DNA from: Anaerohalosphaeraceae bacterium
GTDB lineage: Bacteria > Planctomycetota > Phycisphaerae > Sedimentisphaerales > Anaerohalosphaeraceae
Assembly: GCA_050309605.1 (NCBI GenBank)
Contig: JBNRMN010000033.1
Coordinates: 128,001 to 192,000, forward strand
Reading direction: 5' to 3'
DNA: 64,000 bases
Shown here: one piece after another, positions 20,832-29,411 of the stretch
Layout: every line of letters begins with the position of its first letter
Position numbering within the stretch: position 1 is the first letter of the stretch
Translations under genes and position numbers: made by a program
The notes under the pieces: generated by a model
Told to the model about the DNA's origin: nothing
The model's database searches: none
Seen by the model: the letters and a program-made list of their open reading frames with translations, nothing else

Positions 20832-21689
20832 ATGAGACAATTTCAGGTCATTTTGCTATCATTGATATTGGTCACAACAGGCTGTTCGCGTGAACCTGAA
20901 TCGACAGGGCTGACTCGTGAAGTCCTCCTAACGCTGAATACTTCGAACGTGAGCAAGATTTGCATCACCTCCTTAAGCGAACGAGGGTTTCCATACCACT
21001 ATCATTTTTTAATTGATGCCCCCGAAAAGGTTGATATTTTCCTTCGCTGCATGCAGGAAGCGATACAAATAACTGACAACCGCCCCCCTGAAAAACCAAT
21101 ACGGGCAATCGCTTTCCATACGCAAAATGTGATATACCACACAGTAATTGGATGGGATGAGGATGTGGTTTATGGGCATTGGCACTGGCCGACGTACAGC
21201 GGCCGATGGGAATCGGCACAGTTGCGAGAGTATTTTCGACAATGGGATATTCAGCAAGCAATTGCAGACGCCGACCCGAATTATCCCTTTAGAGACCCGA
21301 GAGAGAGTCCTCATACCATGGTTCCATGGATCAGGATTAATGAACTGTTAATGGAACCTGCTGTGGAATTCACAAAAGAGACATTTTTGGTCTTGGATTT
21401 CTCAAAAGTACGGGAGGTGTGTTTTGTAGTCAATCAATCAAAACCAGATATGCAGGTCTTTCCCATCGAGAATGCTGAAAAAATAAAGGTGTTTTTAAGC
21501 TGTATAGAAAACGCTGAGTCAGTGAACCACGATAAGGAAAAGACCACCGATAAGGTCTATTTTGTCATTCAAGACACGCTCTTTTTTACCGGCATAGGCT
21601 GGAATGAGGAAACGGTCTATGGTGACTGGTGGAAATCGACAAAACTTTGGCATTATTTACGAGAATGGAAAGTGGTGCCGGAGAAATGA
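20832..21689 (+). CDS. Lipoprotein with two tandem copies of an unknown domain (candidate immunity protein)
   Basis: Lipobox TTGC; internal repeat IGWDEDVVYGHW...LREYFRQW / IGWNEETVYGDW...HYLREW. Confidence 0.75.
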   Translation: MRQFQVILLSLILVTTGCSREPESTGLTREVLLTLNTSNVSKICITSLSERGFPYHYHFLIDAPEKVDIFLRCMQEAIQITDNRPPEKPIRAIAFHTQNVIYHTVIGWDEDVVYGHWHWPTYSGRWESAQLREYFRQWDIQQAIADADPNYPFRDPRESPHTMVPWIRINELLMEPAVEFTKETFLVLDFSKVREVCFVVNQSKPDMQVFPIENAEKIKVFLSCIENAESVNHDKEKTTDKVYFVIQDTLFFTGIGWNEETVYGDWWKSTKLWHYLREWKVVPEK

Positions 21690-21770
21690 ACAAGCTGCTG
21701 ATACCACTGCTGATTCCATTTGGCGATGATGATCTGTTCACGCAAACCTAAGAAACAGACTTGACGCCGT
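21686..21770 (+). pseudogene. Degenerate 5' remnant of a third paralogous lipoprotein gene
   Basis: ATG overlaps the previous stop; MNKLLIPLLIP, then CSRKPKK in another frame, matching CSREPES of 20832..21689. Confidence 0.4.
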
Positions 21771-21834
21771 AATCAAATTTACACAGTATAAGACTTACCA
21801 AGTTGGACAATTAATACAAGAAAGGAGTCATAAA

Positions 21835-22398
21835 ATGTATAAGATAACGATCTGCTTAACGATGTTAATGATTACGGGTTCTGGATGTAGGGAAACGCCC
21901 CCTGAAATCGGGATAACGAGAGACAATTTTTCCTATATAAAAAAATCCAGTATAGGTGAAATCGAAATACTCTCGGCGGCGTTTACGCCCGGCGGTATGC
22001 CGTACCATTACCGGTTTTCAATTTTTGATCCGCGAAAGATCCGCCTTATTCTTGAATGTATGCAAAACGCAAAACCGATAGACGAAAATGAACAGCTTGA
22101 TGCCGATTTGAAAAAGAACAACAGATTGCTCATTGTTAAGACTCAAAGGGCACATTACTCGACTAAGATCACTTGGAATGATGATTTCGTGTACGGGACT
22201 TGGGATATGTTGGCCGTTGAAAATTGGTCGTGGAAATCATCAGAGATGAGGGAGTATTTTAGAAAATGGAATCTTATCGAAGAAATTTCCGCTGCCGATC
22301 CCCAATGGCCTGATCCTGATTGGATGACCACACCGCCGCCGGATTCAGATTCAAGTCTGCCTCCCCTTGACTTTCAAAACATAGAGTCAAAACGCTAA
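21835..22398 (+). CDS. Lipoprotein, single-domain paralog of 20832..21689 (candidate immunity protein)
   Basis: Lipobox GSGC; shares PYHY.F.I, CMQ.A, W.DD.VYG.W, REYFR.W and ADP..P. Confidence 0.75.
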   Translation: MYKITICLTMLMITGSGCRETPPEIGITRDNFSYIKKSSIGEIEILSAAFTPGGMPYHYRFSIFDPRKIRLILECMQNAKPIDENEQLDADLKKNNRLLIVKTQRAHYSTKITWNDDFVYGTWDMLAVENWSWKSSEMREYFRKWNLIEEISAADPQWPDPDWMTTPPPDSDSSLPPLDFQNIESKR

Positions 22399-22644
22399 AC
22401 GCCGAGCAAAAGAGCAAACAGACAAGAAATTGAGGCATTCTACCACGGCATAGCGAGTATGTCTATCCGATTTTGTAATTTTTGTCGATACGGGGGAAAA
22501 TCCGAGTGTTTTATTATCGTCTGTTTTTTTGCATCCTTCGGCATTTAAGAAAATAAAAGTTGATAACTCCTCTTTTTTGTTGTATCGTACAATATAAGCA
22601 AGAAAGAGAACATAATTGATATTTAATGCAAGGAAATTTGTAAG

Positions 22645-23646
22645 ATGGCAACACTTTTTTATGAACAGGATGCTCCGCTTGATGCGCTGAAAGGCAAGAA
22701 GGTTTGTGTGATTGGCTACGGCAGCCAGGGACATGCTCACAGTCAGAATCTGCGCGACAGCGGCATCGAGGTGGCGGTGGCCGAGCTGGAAGGCACGGCC
22801 AACTACAAGTTGGCTCAGGAACACGGTTTTTCGCCGACCCTTATTGCTCAAGCGATGGATGGGGCGACGCTGATCATTATCACCCTGCCCGATGAGGTTC
22901 AGGCCAAGGTGTACGAATCGGACATCAAGCCCAACCTCAAGCCCGGCCAGGTGCTGGGATTTTGCCACGGCTTTAACGTGCATTTCGGGTATATCAAGCC
23001 GCCCGAAGGCGTCGGTGTGGTGATGATTGCGCCCAAGGGGCCGGGGCATCTGGTCCGCAGCGAATACGAAAAAGGCGGCGGCGTGCCCTGTCTGGTGGCG
23101 GTGCACACCGACGGCGACGGCAACGCCAAGCCGGTCGCACTGGCCTGGGCCAATGGCATCGGCGGCGCACGGGCCGGCATCATTGAGACGACCTTCAAGG
23201 AAGAGACCGAAACCGATCTGTTCGGCGAACAGGTCGTTTTGTGCGGCGGGCTGACCGCGCTGATCAAGGCCGGCTTTGAAACGCTCGTCGAGGCCGGCTA
23301 CCAGCCGGAGATCGCGTATTTCGAATGTATGCACGAGGTCAAACTCATCGTCGATCTGATGTATCAGGGCGGTATGAGTTATATGAGATACAGCATCTCC
23401 AATACAGCCGAATACGGCGATCTGACCCGCGGGACGCGGATCATCACCGAACAGACCAAAGCCGAGATGAAAAAAATCCTCAGCGAGATTACCAGCGGCC
23501 AGTTTGCCAAAGAATGGGTCGCCGAATATCAAAGCGGATTAAAGAATTTTAACGCGCTGTACGATAAAGATCACGGCTGTCAGCTTGAGGTGGTCGGACG
23601 CAAGCTGCGCAAAATGATGAAGTGGATCAACGCCAAGGAAGTCTAA
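22645..23646 (+). CDS. ilvC: Ketol-acid reductoisomerase
   Basis: [45 protein letters not shown]. Confidence 0.97.
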   Translation: MATLFYEQDAPLDALKGKKVCVIGYGSQGHAHSQNLRDSGIEVAVAELEGTANYKLAQEHGFSPTLIAQAMDGATLIIITLPDEVQAKVYESDIKPNLKPGQVLGFCHGFNVHFGYIKPPEGVGVVMIAPKGPGHLVRSEYEKGGGVPCLVAVHTDGDGNAKPVALAWANGIGGARAGIIETTFKEETETDLFGEQVVLCGGLTALIKAGFETLVEAGYQPEIAYFECMHEVKLIVDLMYQGGMSYMRYSISNTAEYGDLTRGTRIITEQTKAEMKKILSEITSGQFAKEWVAEYQSGLKNFNALYDKDHGCQLEVVGRKLRKMMKWINAKEV

Positions 23647-23735
23647 AAACGGAGACTGCCGGGGCTGCCGACGACGGGCGGCCGTGGCGGTTTAATCAAT
23701 GTGGGTTAATTTGAGGCTAATTCAGGAGCCTGACC

Positions 23736-24470
23736 ATGAACACGAAGATTGCGTGTGGAATTTTTGCCGCGGCGGCCATGATGCTGGCCGGTTGTGCTCG
23801 TCCGCTGACCACGTATGAACACGTTTATGAGCGGTACTACGCCACCACCATCGGCCTGAGCACCTCGGCCGATGTGCTGGAGATTCTCAACAATCGAGGC
23901 CACGAACTGCTCAGCCAGAGCGAAAGCGTTGTCGCGGCCTGGGGCAAGGAAGGCCAGCGCGACCGGACGCACTGGTTCAATATGGTGGCCTTTGATCAGA
24001 ACAGCGCGGTGGCCGTGCGCAAGTACGGCTTTATTCTGGAAGAAACGGCCGTCGGGCCGAATCGTCAGCCGCGACCGGGACTGCGTTTTGACGCCGAGCT
24101 GGTTCTGGACCCTGAAACGCTCAATGAACCGTATGCCAACGCCAACGAAATGCGGATCGCGGTGCTGCGCGCGATTGCCGCGCATTTCAGCCGCGACAGC
24201 CAGGAAGTCCGCCATGACAGCGCCACCCTGCGCAACAGCAGCGCGATGGTCAATCAGGCCTTGAACAATGCACTGATCAAACTCGTCCAGTCCCCGGCCG
24301 AAGCCGCACAGCTCGGCAATCCGGAAGGGATGATGTTTGACCATATGACGCTCGGTCAAAGCCATATTCGCATGCTGATTCAGGGGGATCTGGTCAAGCT
24401 CAAGATCAAGGCCGGCAAGCCCTGGTTCAATGTGCCGTTTGAAGAGCATCCCGATGTGATTTATATGTAA
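23736..24470 (+). CDS. Hypothetical lipoprotein
   Basis: Lipobox LAGC; AGGAG RBS; followed by a terminator. Confidence 0.75.
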   Translation: MNTKIACGIFAAAAMMLAGCARPLTTYEHVYERYYATTIGLSTSADVLEILNNRGHELLSQSESVVAAWGKEGQRDRTHWFNMVAFDQNSAVAVRKYGFILEETAVGPNRQPRPGLRFDAELVLDPETLNEPYANANEMRIAVLRAIAAHFSRDSQEVRHDSATLRNSSAMVNQALNNALIKLVQSPAEAAQLGNPEGMMFDHMTLGQSHIRMLIQGDLVKLKIKAGKPWFNVPFEEHPDVIYM

Positions 24471-24496
24471 TCAGTTTTTTTATCAATCCGTGCAAT

Positions 24497-24526
24497 AAGA
24501 CTGGCCGTGCGTCAGTCTTTTTTTTT
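24497..24526 (+). terminator. Intrinsic terminator
   Basis: AAGACTGGC-loop-GTCAGTCTT followed by a T-run. Confidence 0.75.
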
Positions 24527-24682
24527 GGATGCTTTTCGTGAATTCCGGATTTTCTGGTTAATATTTCGCGTTTCGGCGTTATCTGTATAAAAATCGCTTT
24601 ATTGGCCCGGCCCTTTTCGGGGTGTGCGGCAGCGGTAAGTACCTCTTTTTCAAACGCGACTTCTTAATGGAAAGGAATCACG

Positions 24683-26920
24683 ATGAAACACGTGAGTTAT
24701 GTTGTCTGTTTGCTGGTCTTTCTGGGCAGTCTCTGTTCGGCGCAATGGAAACCGGTGGAAGGAAAAATTATGACCCGCTGGGCCGCGGAGGTTTCACCCG
24801 ATAACGCGCTGACGGACTATCCGCGTCCGATGATGGTGCGGCCGGACTGGTTGAATCTGAACGGTCTGTGGGATTATGCGATTCGTCCGCGCACCGAGAC
24901 CGTTCCGCAGGGTTTTGACGGACACATACTCGTGCCGTATCCGGTTGAATCGGCGTTGTCCGGCGTGGGCAAAACCGTCGGCGCGGCCAACCGGCTTTGG
25001 TATCGCCGCACCGTTCAGATTCCGGCTGATTGGGGCGATCAACGCGTCATCCTGCATTTCGGTGCGGTGGACTGGGATACCGACGTCTGGGTCAATGGCC
25101 AGTACATCGGCAACCACAAGGGCGGCTATGATCCGTTCAGTTTCGATATTACCGGCGCTCTGAAAGGCGCCGGTACACAGGAAATCATTGTCTCAGCCTG
25201 GGATCCGACCGACGGCGGGTTTCAGCCGCGCGGCAAGCAAATCAACAACCCGCACGGCATCTGGTACACGCCGGTAACGGGCATCTGGCAGACGGTCTGG
25301 CTGGAGCCGGTTCCGCAGGCCTCGATTGCCGATCTGAAGCTGACGCCGGATGTGGACAACAATCGCATCAAAATCGAAGTGGCCACACGCGGCGACAGAG
25401 GCGGCCTGACACTCTCGGCGATGGCGTCGGGAGCGGGATTTTCCGGCGCGGCGTCCTCAACGGATCAGGCCATGAGTCTGGTCGTGGCTAACCCGCGACT
25501 ATGGTCGCCGGACGATCCGTTCTTGTATGATCTGACCGTTCAGCTTAAAGACGGCGCAACAGTGGTCGATGAGGTCAAAAGCTACTTCGGAATGCGCAAG
25601 ATCGAAGTTAAAAAGGACGACAAAGGCATCAACCGACTGTTTTTGAACAATGAACCGCTGTTCCATTACGGCCTGCTGGATCAGGGGTGGTGGCCGGACG
25701 GACTTTATACTGCACCGACCGATGAGGCGCTGCGGTATGATGTGGAAGTGACCAAACAACTCGGCTTCAATATGCTTCGCAAGCACGTCAAGGTCGAACC
25801 CCAGCGGCTGTACTACTGGTGCGACAAGCTCGGCGTGCTGGTCTGGCAGGATATGCCCAACGGCGACGGCCACATCCACGGCGATATGCCTGACCTGAGG
25901 CGCAATCCGCATTCGGCGACCCAGTATGAACGGGAATATCAGGCGATGATCGAGGCGTTTTACAACCATCCGAGTATCGTGATGTGGGTGCCGTTCAATG
26001 AAGGCTGGGGTCAGTTCGACACCGCCCGAATCACTGCCTGGACCAAAGCACTTGATCCCACACGCCTGGTCAACAGTGCCAGCGGCTGGACCGATCGCGG
26101 CGTGGGCGATGTACACGACATTCACGCCTACCCCGGCCCGGCCGTGCCGCCGGTGGAAGACAACCGCGCCGTGGTGCTGGGTGAATTCGGCGGGCTGGGA
26201 CTGCCGCTCAAAGGGCATACCTGGCAGGATGAAAGAAACTGGGGTTATCGCAGCTATACCACGGTTGAGGATTTGAATAAGGCGTATGTCAATCTGATCC
26301 ATCGTCTGCGGCTGCTGATCGGCGACGGGCTGGCCGCGGCGGTCTATACCCAGACCACCGATGTCGAAGTTGAGGTCAACGGGATTTTGACGTATGACCG
26401 GGCGGTGATTAAGATGGATGCCGATACGATTGTTCCGCTGCACAAGAAATTGTATCAAAAACCGCCGACCGTCAAGGTACTTGTCCCCAACGCGCGTCAG
26501 GGCCGGTATGACTGGAAGTACACCACCGACCGGCCGGGACGCAACTGGTTTGCCCCGACGTTTGACGACAGCGGCTGGAAGACCGGCCCCGGCGGTTTCG
26601 GCACGGCGGGCACGCCGGGTATCATTCTCGGCACGGTCTGGAATACCGACGCCATCTGGCTGCGCCGCACGGTGCGAATCGAACAGACGGATTTGGACGA
26701 GGTCATGCTGTCCATCCTTCACGACGAGGATGCGGTGGTCTATATCAACGGCGTCAAGGCCGCCGAGACCAGCGGATACATCGGCAGTTATGCCATCATT
26801 CCGATATCGGAAGAGGCTCGCAAGGCAATCCGACAAGGCGATAATCTCATCGCCGTTTCCTGCCGCAACACCACCGGCGGCCAGTCCATCGATGTCGGCC
26901 TGGTCGAATTGGCCGACTGA
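24683..26920 (+). CDS. Glycoside hydrolase family 2 (beta-galactosidase-like), secreted, with C-terminal carbohydrate-binding-like domain
   Basis: YPRP...WLNLNGLW, LHFGAVD, GIWQTVWLE, LDQGWWPDG, FNMLRKHVK, WVPFNEGWG, GEFGG. Confidence 0.9.
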   Translation: MKHVSYVVCLLVFLGSLCSAQWKPVEGKIMTRWAAEVSPDNALTDYPRPMMVRPDWLNLNGLWDYAIRPRTETVPQGFDGHILVPYPVESALSGVGKTVGAANRLWYRRTVQIPADWGDQRVILHFGAVDWDTDVWVNGQYIGNHKGGYDPFSFDITGALKGAGTQEIIVSAWDPTDGGFQPRGKQINNPHGIWYTPVTGIWQTVWLEPVPQASIADLKLTPDVDNNRIKIEVATRGDRGGLTLSAMASGAGFSGAASSTDQAMSLVVANPRLWSPDDPFLYDLTVQLKDGATVVDEVKSYFGMRKIEVKKDDKGINRLFLNNEPLFHYGLLDQGWWPDGLYTAPTDEALRYDVEVTKQLGFNMLRKHVKVEPQRLYYWCDKLGVLVWQDMPNGDGHIHGDMPDLRRNPHSATQYEREYQAMIEAFYNHPSIVMWVPFNEGWGQFDTARITAWTKALDPTRLVNSASGWTDRGVGDVHDIHAYPGPAVPPVEDNRAVVLGEFGGLGLPLKGHTWQDERNWGYRSYTTVEDLNKAYVNLIHRLRLLIGDGLAAAVYTQTTDVEVEVNGILTYDRAVIKMDADTIVPLHKKLYQKPPTVKVLVPNARQGRYDWKYTTDRPGRNWFAPTFDDSGWKTGPGGFGTAGTPGIILGTVWNTDAIWLRRTVRIEQTDLDEVMLSILHDEDAVVYINGVKAAETSGYIGSYAIIPISEEARKAIRQGDNLIAVSCRNTTGGQSIDVGLVELAD

Positions 26921-26947
26921 TTACCATCTTATCATTCAACCTGTCCC

Positions 26948-26980
26948 AAGCCCCTGCGACGCGCTCGCAGGGGCTTTTTT
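26948..26980 (+). terminator. Intrinsic terminator between convergent GH2 and abiEii genes
   Basis: AAGCCCCTGCGA-loop-TCGCAGGGGCTT followed by Ts. Confidence 0.8.
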
Positions 26981-26998
26981 ATCGACAGGCGGAAAATG

Positions 26999-27808
26999 TT
27001 ACGTGCTCTCAAGCAGCTTGAGAATGATGTGTTCGTCGAGAAGGTTCAAATCCTGTTGCCGCGCAAGGAAGGGACGTACATCATCGGCGATCTTTTTCCA
27101 GTCTAACTGCTGCACGCGCGAGACGAGATACCGTCGCCAGTTTTTCGGCGTCATTGCCGGTTCTTGCCAGCCGGTCTGGCGCAGGGCGTTATTTAATAAT
27201 GTGATGTTTGGTTCCGGCCAGGTACGATCGGAAAGATACCACACCAGATCGTACACATCACGGCCTTTGACATAATCGCGGGCCAGCAGTGCATGGAGTT
27301 TTCCGGCCAGCAAGGAGGGCTTGTCATAGTGCAGCAGATTAAGCAGTATATGGCGCCGGATTACGCCGGTTTCCACATTCGCCCCGGCCGGCGGATTCGT
27401 GTCCATTTCCACTTTAATAGAAATGGTTTCTGCTCGATGTGGTGACAAACCGAGTTCAAACAGCAGGCCTACAAATTTGATGAAAGCGTGCTGAACAGTT
27501 TTTTCGGTTTTTGCCTTGATCGAAACAGCATAAGCTTCTCGTTCAAAGACCGACTTTGCCTTTTTCAAATACTGTTCAAATCGAATATCGGCTCCCGGTC
27601 GAATCAATGAAAAATCAAGGTCTTCGGAAAATCGAGGCATGGCGTATAAGAATCGCAGTGCTGTGCCCCCCACAAAAGCCCACGTCTCAAAGGCCCCGGT
27701 GTCTTGCAGACATTCGAGCAGCCGGGCCTGGAGATACTCCCGCACCATACAGCGGGCCAGATTGTTATTGTCGATTGCTGCGATTTGCTGTCTGAGATAA
27801 TCAATCAT
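26999..27808 (-). CDS. AbiEii/AbiGii-family nucleotidyltransferase toxin (type IV TA)
   Basis: FVGGTALRFLY...RFSEDLDF, KLHALLAR...KGRDVYDL. Confidence 0.9.
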   Translation of the reverse strand: MIDYLRQQIAAIDNNNLARCMVREYLQARLLECLQDTGAFETWAFVGGTALRFLYAMPRFSEDLDFSLIRPGADIRFEQYLKKAKSVFEREAYAVSIKAKTEKTVQHAFIKFVGLLFELGLSPHRAETISIKVEMDTNPPAGANVETGVIRRHILLNLLHYDKPSLLAGKLHALLARDYVKGRDVYDLVWYLSDRTWPEPNITLLNNALRQTGWQEPAMTPKNWRRYLVSRVQQLDWKKIADDVRPFLARQQDLNLLDEHIILKLLEST

Positions 27809-28437
27809 AACCGCGTCCCTTCGTCCCGTTCGATTCGCTTAATCATCAATGCCGCGGCGCGTTTGAGTTTGGGACTATGGGATTTTTGCGCAAGATTATT
27901 CAGCGTCCGTGGATTGATCCGCTCGGTATCCTGCAATCGCAATTCCTTCAGCCACGCTTCACTGTCGGACCCCGGCGTCAGATAAAGCAAATCAAGCAGG
28001 GCTTTTTCCGGCTTGGCGATGAAGGCTTGGCAGCCCGGTGCTGTCTCAGTTTGGTCATAACCGAAGAACAGAGTTTGCTTTAGATGCCGAAATTCAAAAC
28101 GTCCCAATGGTGTTTGAATGATACGCGGCCGACCGGTGGTCACGCTCAACACCGTCGGCACGTATTCCGGAATCAGCCCATAGTATGCCAGAGCCGATTG
28201 AAGACTGACATAAGAAGGAGATTGGATTTGATTGGAGATAAAATAGACATCTATTTTACATTTTCGATACGGTTCTGCCAGGATGTACAGTCCCTTGCAG
28301 ATTCGAATGACTCGGCCGTCTTTTACCCAGCGAGCCAGTTGAAGACTGACTTGCTCTTTTTTTTGGCCGGCTGTTAAAAAGCCGGTGGTAAAACACGGAA
28401 TATCCGCGGCGATTTTGACCAATTTATCAAATTTCAT
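27805..28437 (-). CDS. AbiEi-family antitoxin/transcriptional regulator
   Basis: LARWVKDG...KGLY, SYVSLQSALAYYGLIPE, AKPEKALLDLLY; ATGA overlap with the toxin. Confidence 0.85.
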   Translation of the reverse strand: MKFDKLVKIAADIPCFTTGFLTAGQKKEQVSLQLARWVKDGRVIRICKGLYILAEPYRKCKIDVYFISNQIQSPSYVSLQSALAYYGLIPEYVPTVLSVTTGRPRIIQTPLGRFEFRHLKQTLFFGYDQTETAPGCQAFIAKPEKALLDLLYLTPGSDSEAWLKELRLQDTERINPRTLNNLAQKSHSPKLKRAAALMIKRIERDEGTRL

Positions 28438-28500
28438 TGCATTATTATATCCTATTTGATATTTATCTGCAATGAATATCGTCAGAAGATGGGGTTTTCT

Positions 28501-29175
28501 TTAATTCCCTTTCTTCAGTGCCGTGACCTGCCTGTGGGCCAGGCGGGTTGGTTCGGGCAGGCGATAGCGGGTGGTCAGGCGGAGCGTCCATTCGATGGCG
28601 TCTTGAAGTGTGCATAGGTGGCCGCAGGAGACAAAGAGCGGTTTGACGCCGGTGCGGGTGCGAACGACGGCCCCGATGATGTCGGTGCCGTCGAGCAACG
28701 GGGTATGGCTGCCTTTTTCCTGTTTCGGCGGGTCGTATGTGCCGATGAGCCGGCTCTTGGCGCAGCCAATGGTCGGACGGTCCAGAAACAGCCCCAGATG
28801 CGCCGCCAGGCCGAGCCGCCGCGGATGGGCGATGCCCTGGCCGTCGATCAGGAACAGATCGGGGGTCGTTTGGAGTTTTTCTACCGCCGTCAGACAGGCC
28901 GGTGCCTCGCGAAAGCTCAGCAGGCCGGGGATGTAGGGAAATGTCAGATCAGCCCCGGCCGAGGCGGTTTCAATCACGTCCAATTCCGGAAACGAGAGTA
29001 CCACCACCGCTGCCAGCGCCTTGCCGTTGGGTTTGTCAAAGGCGCAGTCCAACCCGGCCGCCGTGCGAACGGCCGTGCGAAGCGGATGCCGCCGAACGCG
29101 CTCAGCCAGCCGCATCTGAAGCCGCCGCGCGTCGGCATACGTCAAACCCCATGAATGTAAGTCCTTTATTTCCAT
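28501..29175 (-). CDS. nfi: Endonuclease V
   Basis: GLD, FPYIPGLLSFRE, DGQGIAHPRRLGLA, IGCAKS, RYRLPEPTRLAH. Confidence 0.95.
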   Translation of the reverse strand: MEIKDLHSWGLTYADARRLQMRLAERVRRHPLRTAVRTAAGLDCAFDKPNGKALAAVVVLSFPELDVIETASAGADLTFPYIPGLLSFREAPACLTAVEKLQTTPDLFLIDGQGIAHPRRLGLAAHLGLFLDRPTIGCAKSRLIGTYDPPKQEKGSHTPLLDGTDIIGAVVRTRTGVKPLFVSCGHLCTLQDAIEWTLRLTTRYRLPEPTRLAHRQVTALKKGN

Positions 29176-29243
29176 GACGTTAAGAGCCACTTAGCCGCGG
29201 CGCAGCGCACGTTGTCTGACGCGGTGTTTGACCTGTCGCGGCG

Positions 29244-29311
29244 TTATCCGGTCGCTTGCGCGACTCGGCTGTTGGGTCGTTGTATTATCCGGTCGCTTGC
29301 GCGACTGGGCT
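29244..29311. repeat. Two direct copies of a 27-bp palindromic REP-like unit
   Basis: TTATCCGGTCGCTTGCGCGACT(C/G)GGCT at 29244 and 29285. Confidence 0.8.
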
Positions 29312-29411
29312 ATTGTAATGTCCCGCAGGGTATGCTACAATGATCGGTTTGCGGAATTGTTGAAAATCCGGGCAGGTTTATCCGGCAGTTAAATACGGAG
29401 ACAAAGCAGAC

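Larger units (their letters stand above)
17706..22644. mobile_element. AT-rich accessory island between ilvN and ilvC (no integrase or transposase seen)
   Basis: Abrupt shift to AT-rich composition and codon usage; interrupts the usual ilvB-ilvN-ilvC order. Confidence 0.7.

Noticed and set aside
17706..22644. Prophage or integrative element
   Set aside because: No integrase, transposase or phage genes, and no flanking direct repeats found by eye
29312..29411. LexA/SOS box upstream of uvrA or uvrB
   Set aside because: No palindrome shared between the uvrA and uvrB upstream regions was found by eye
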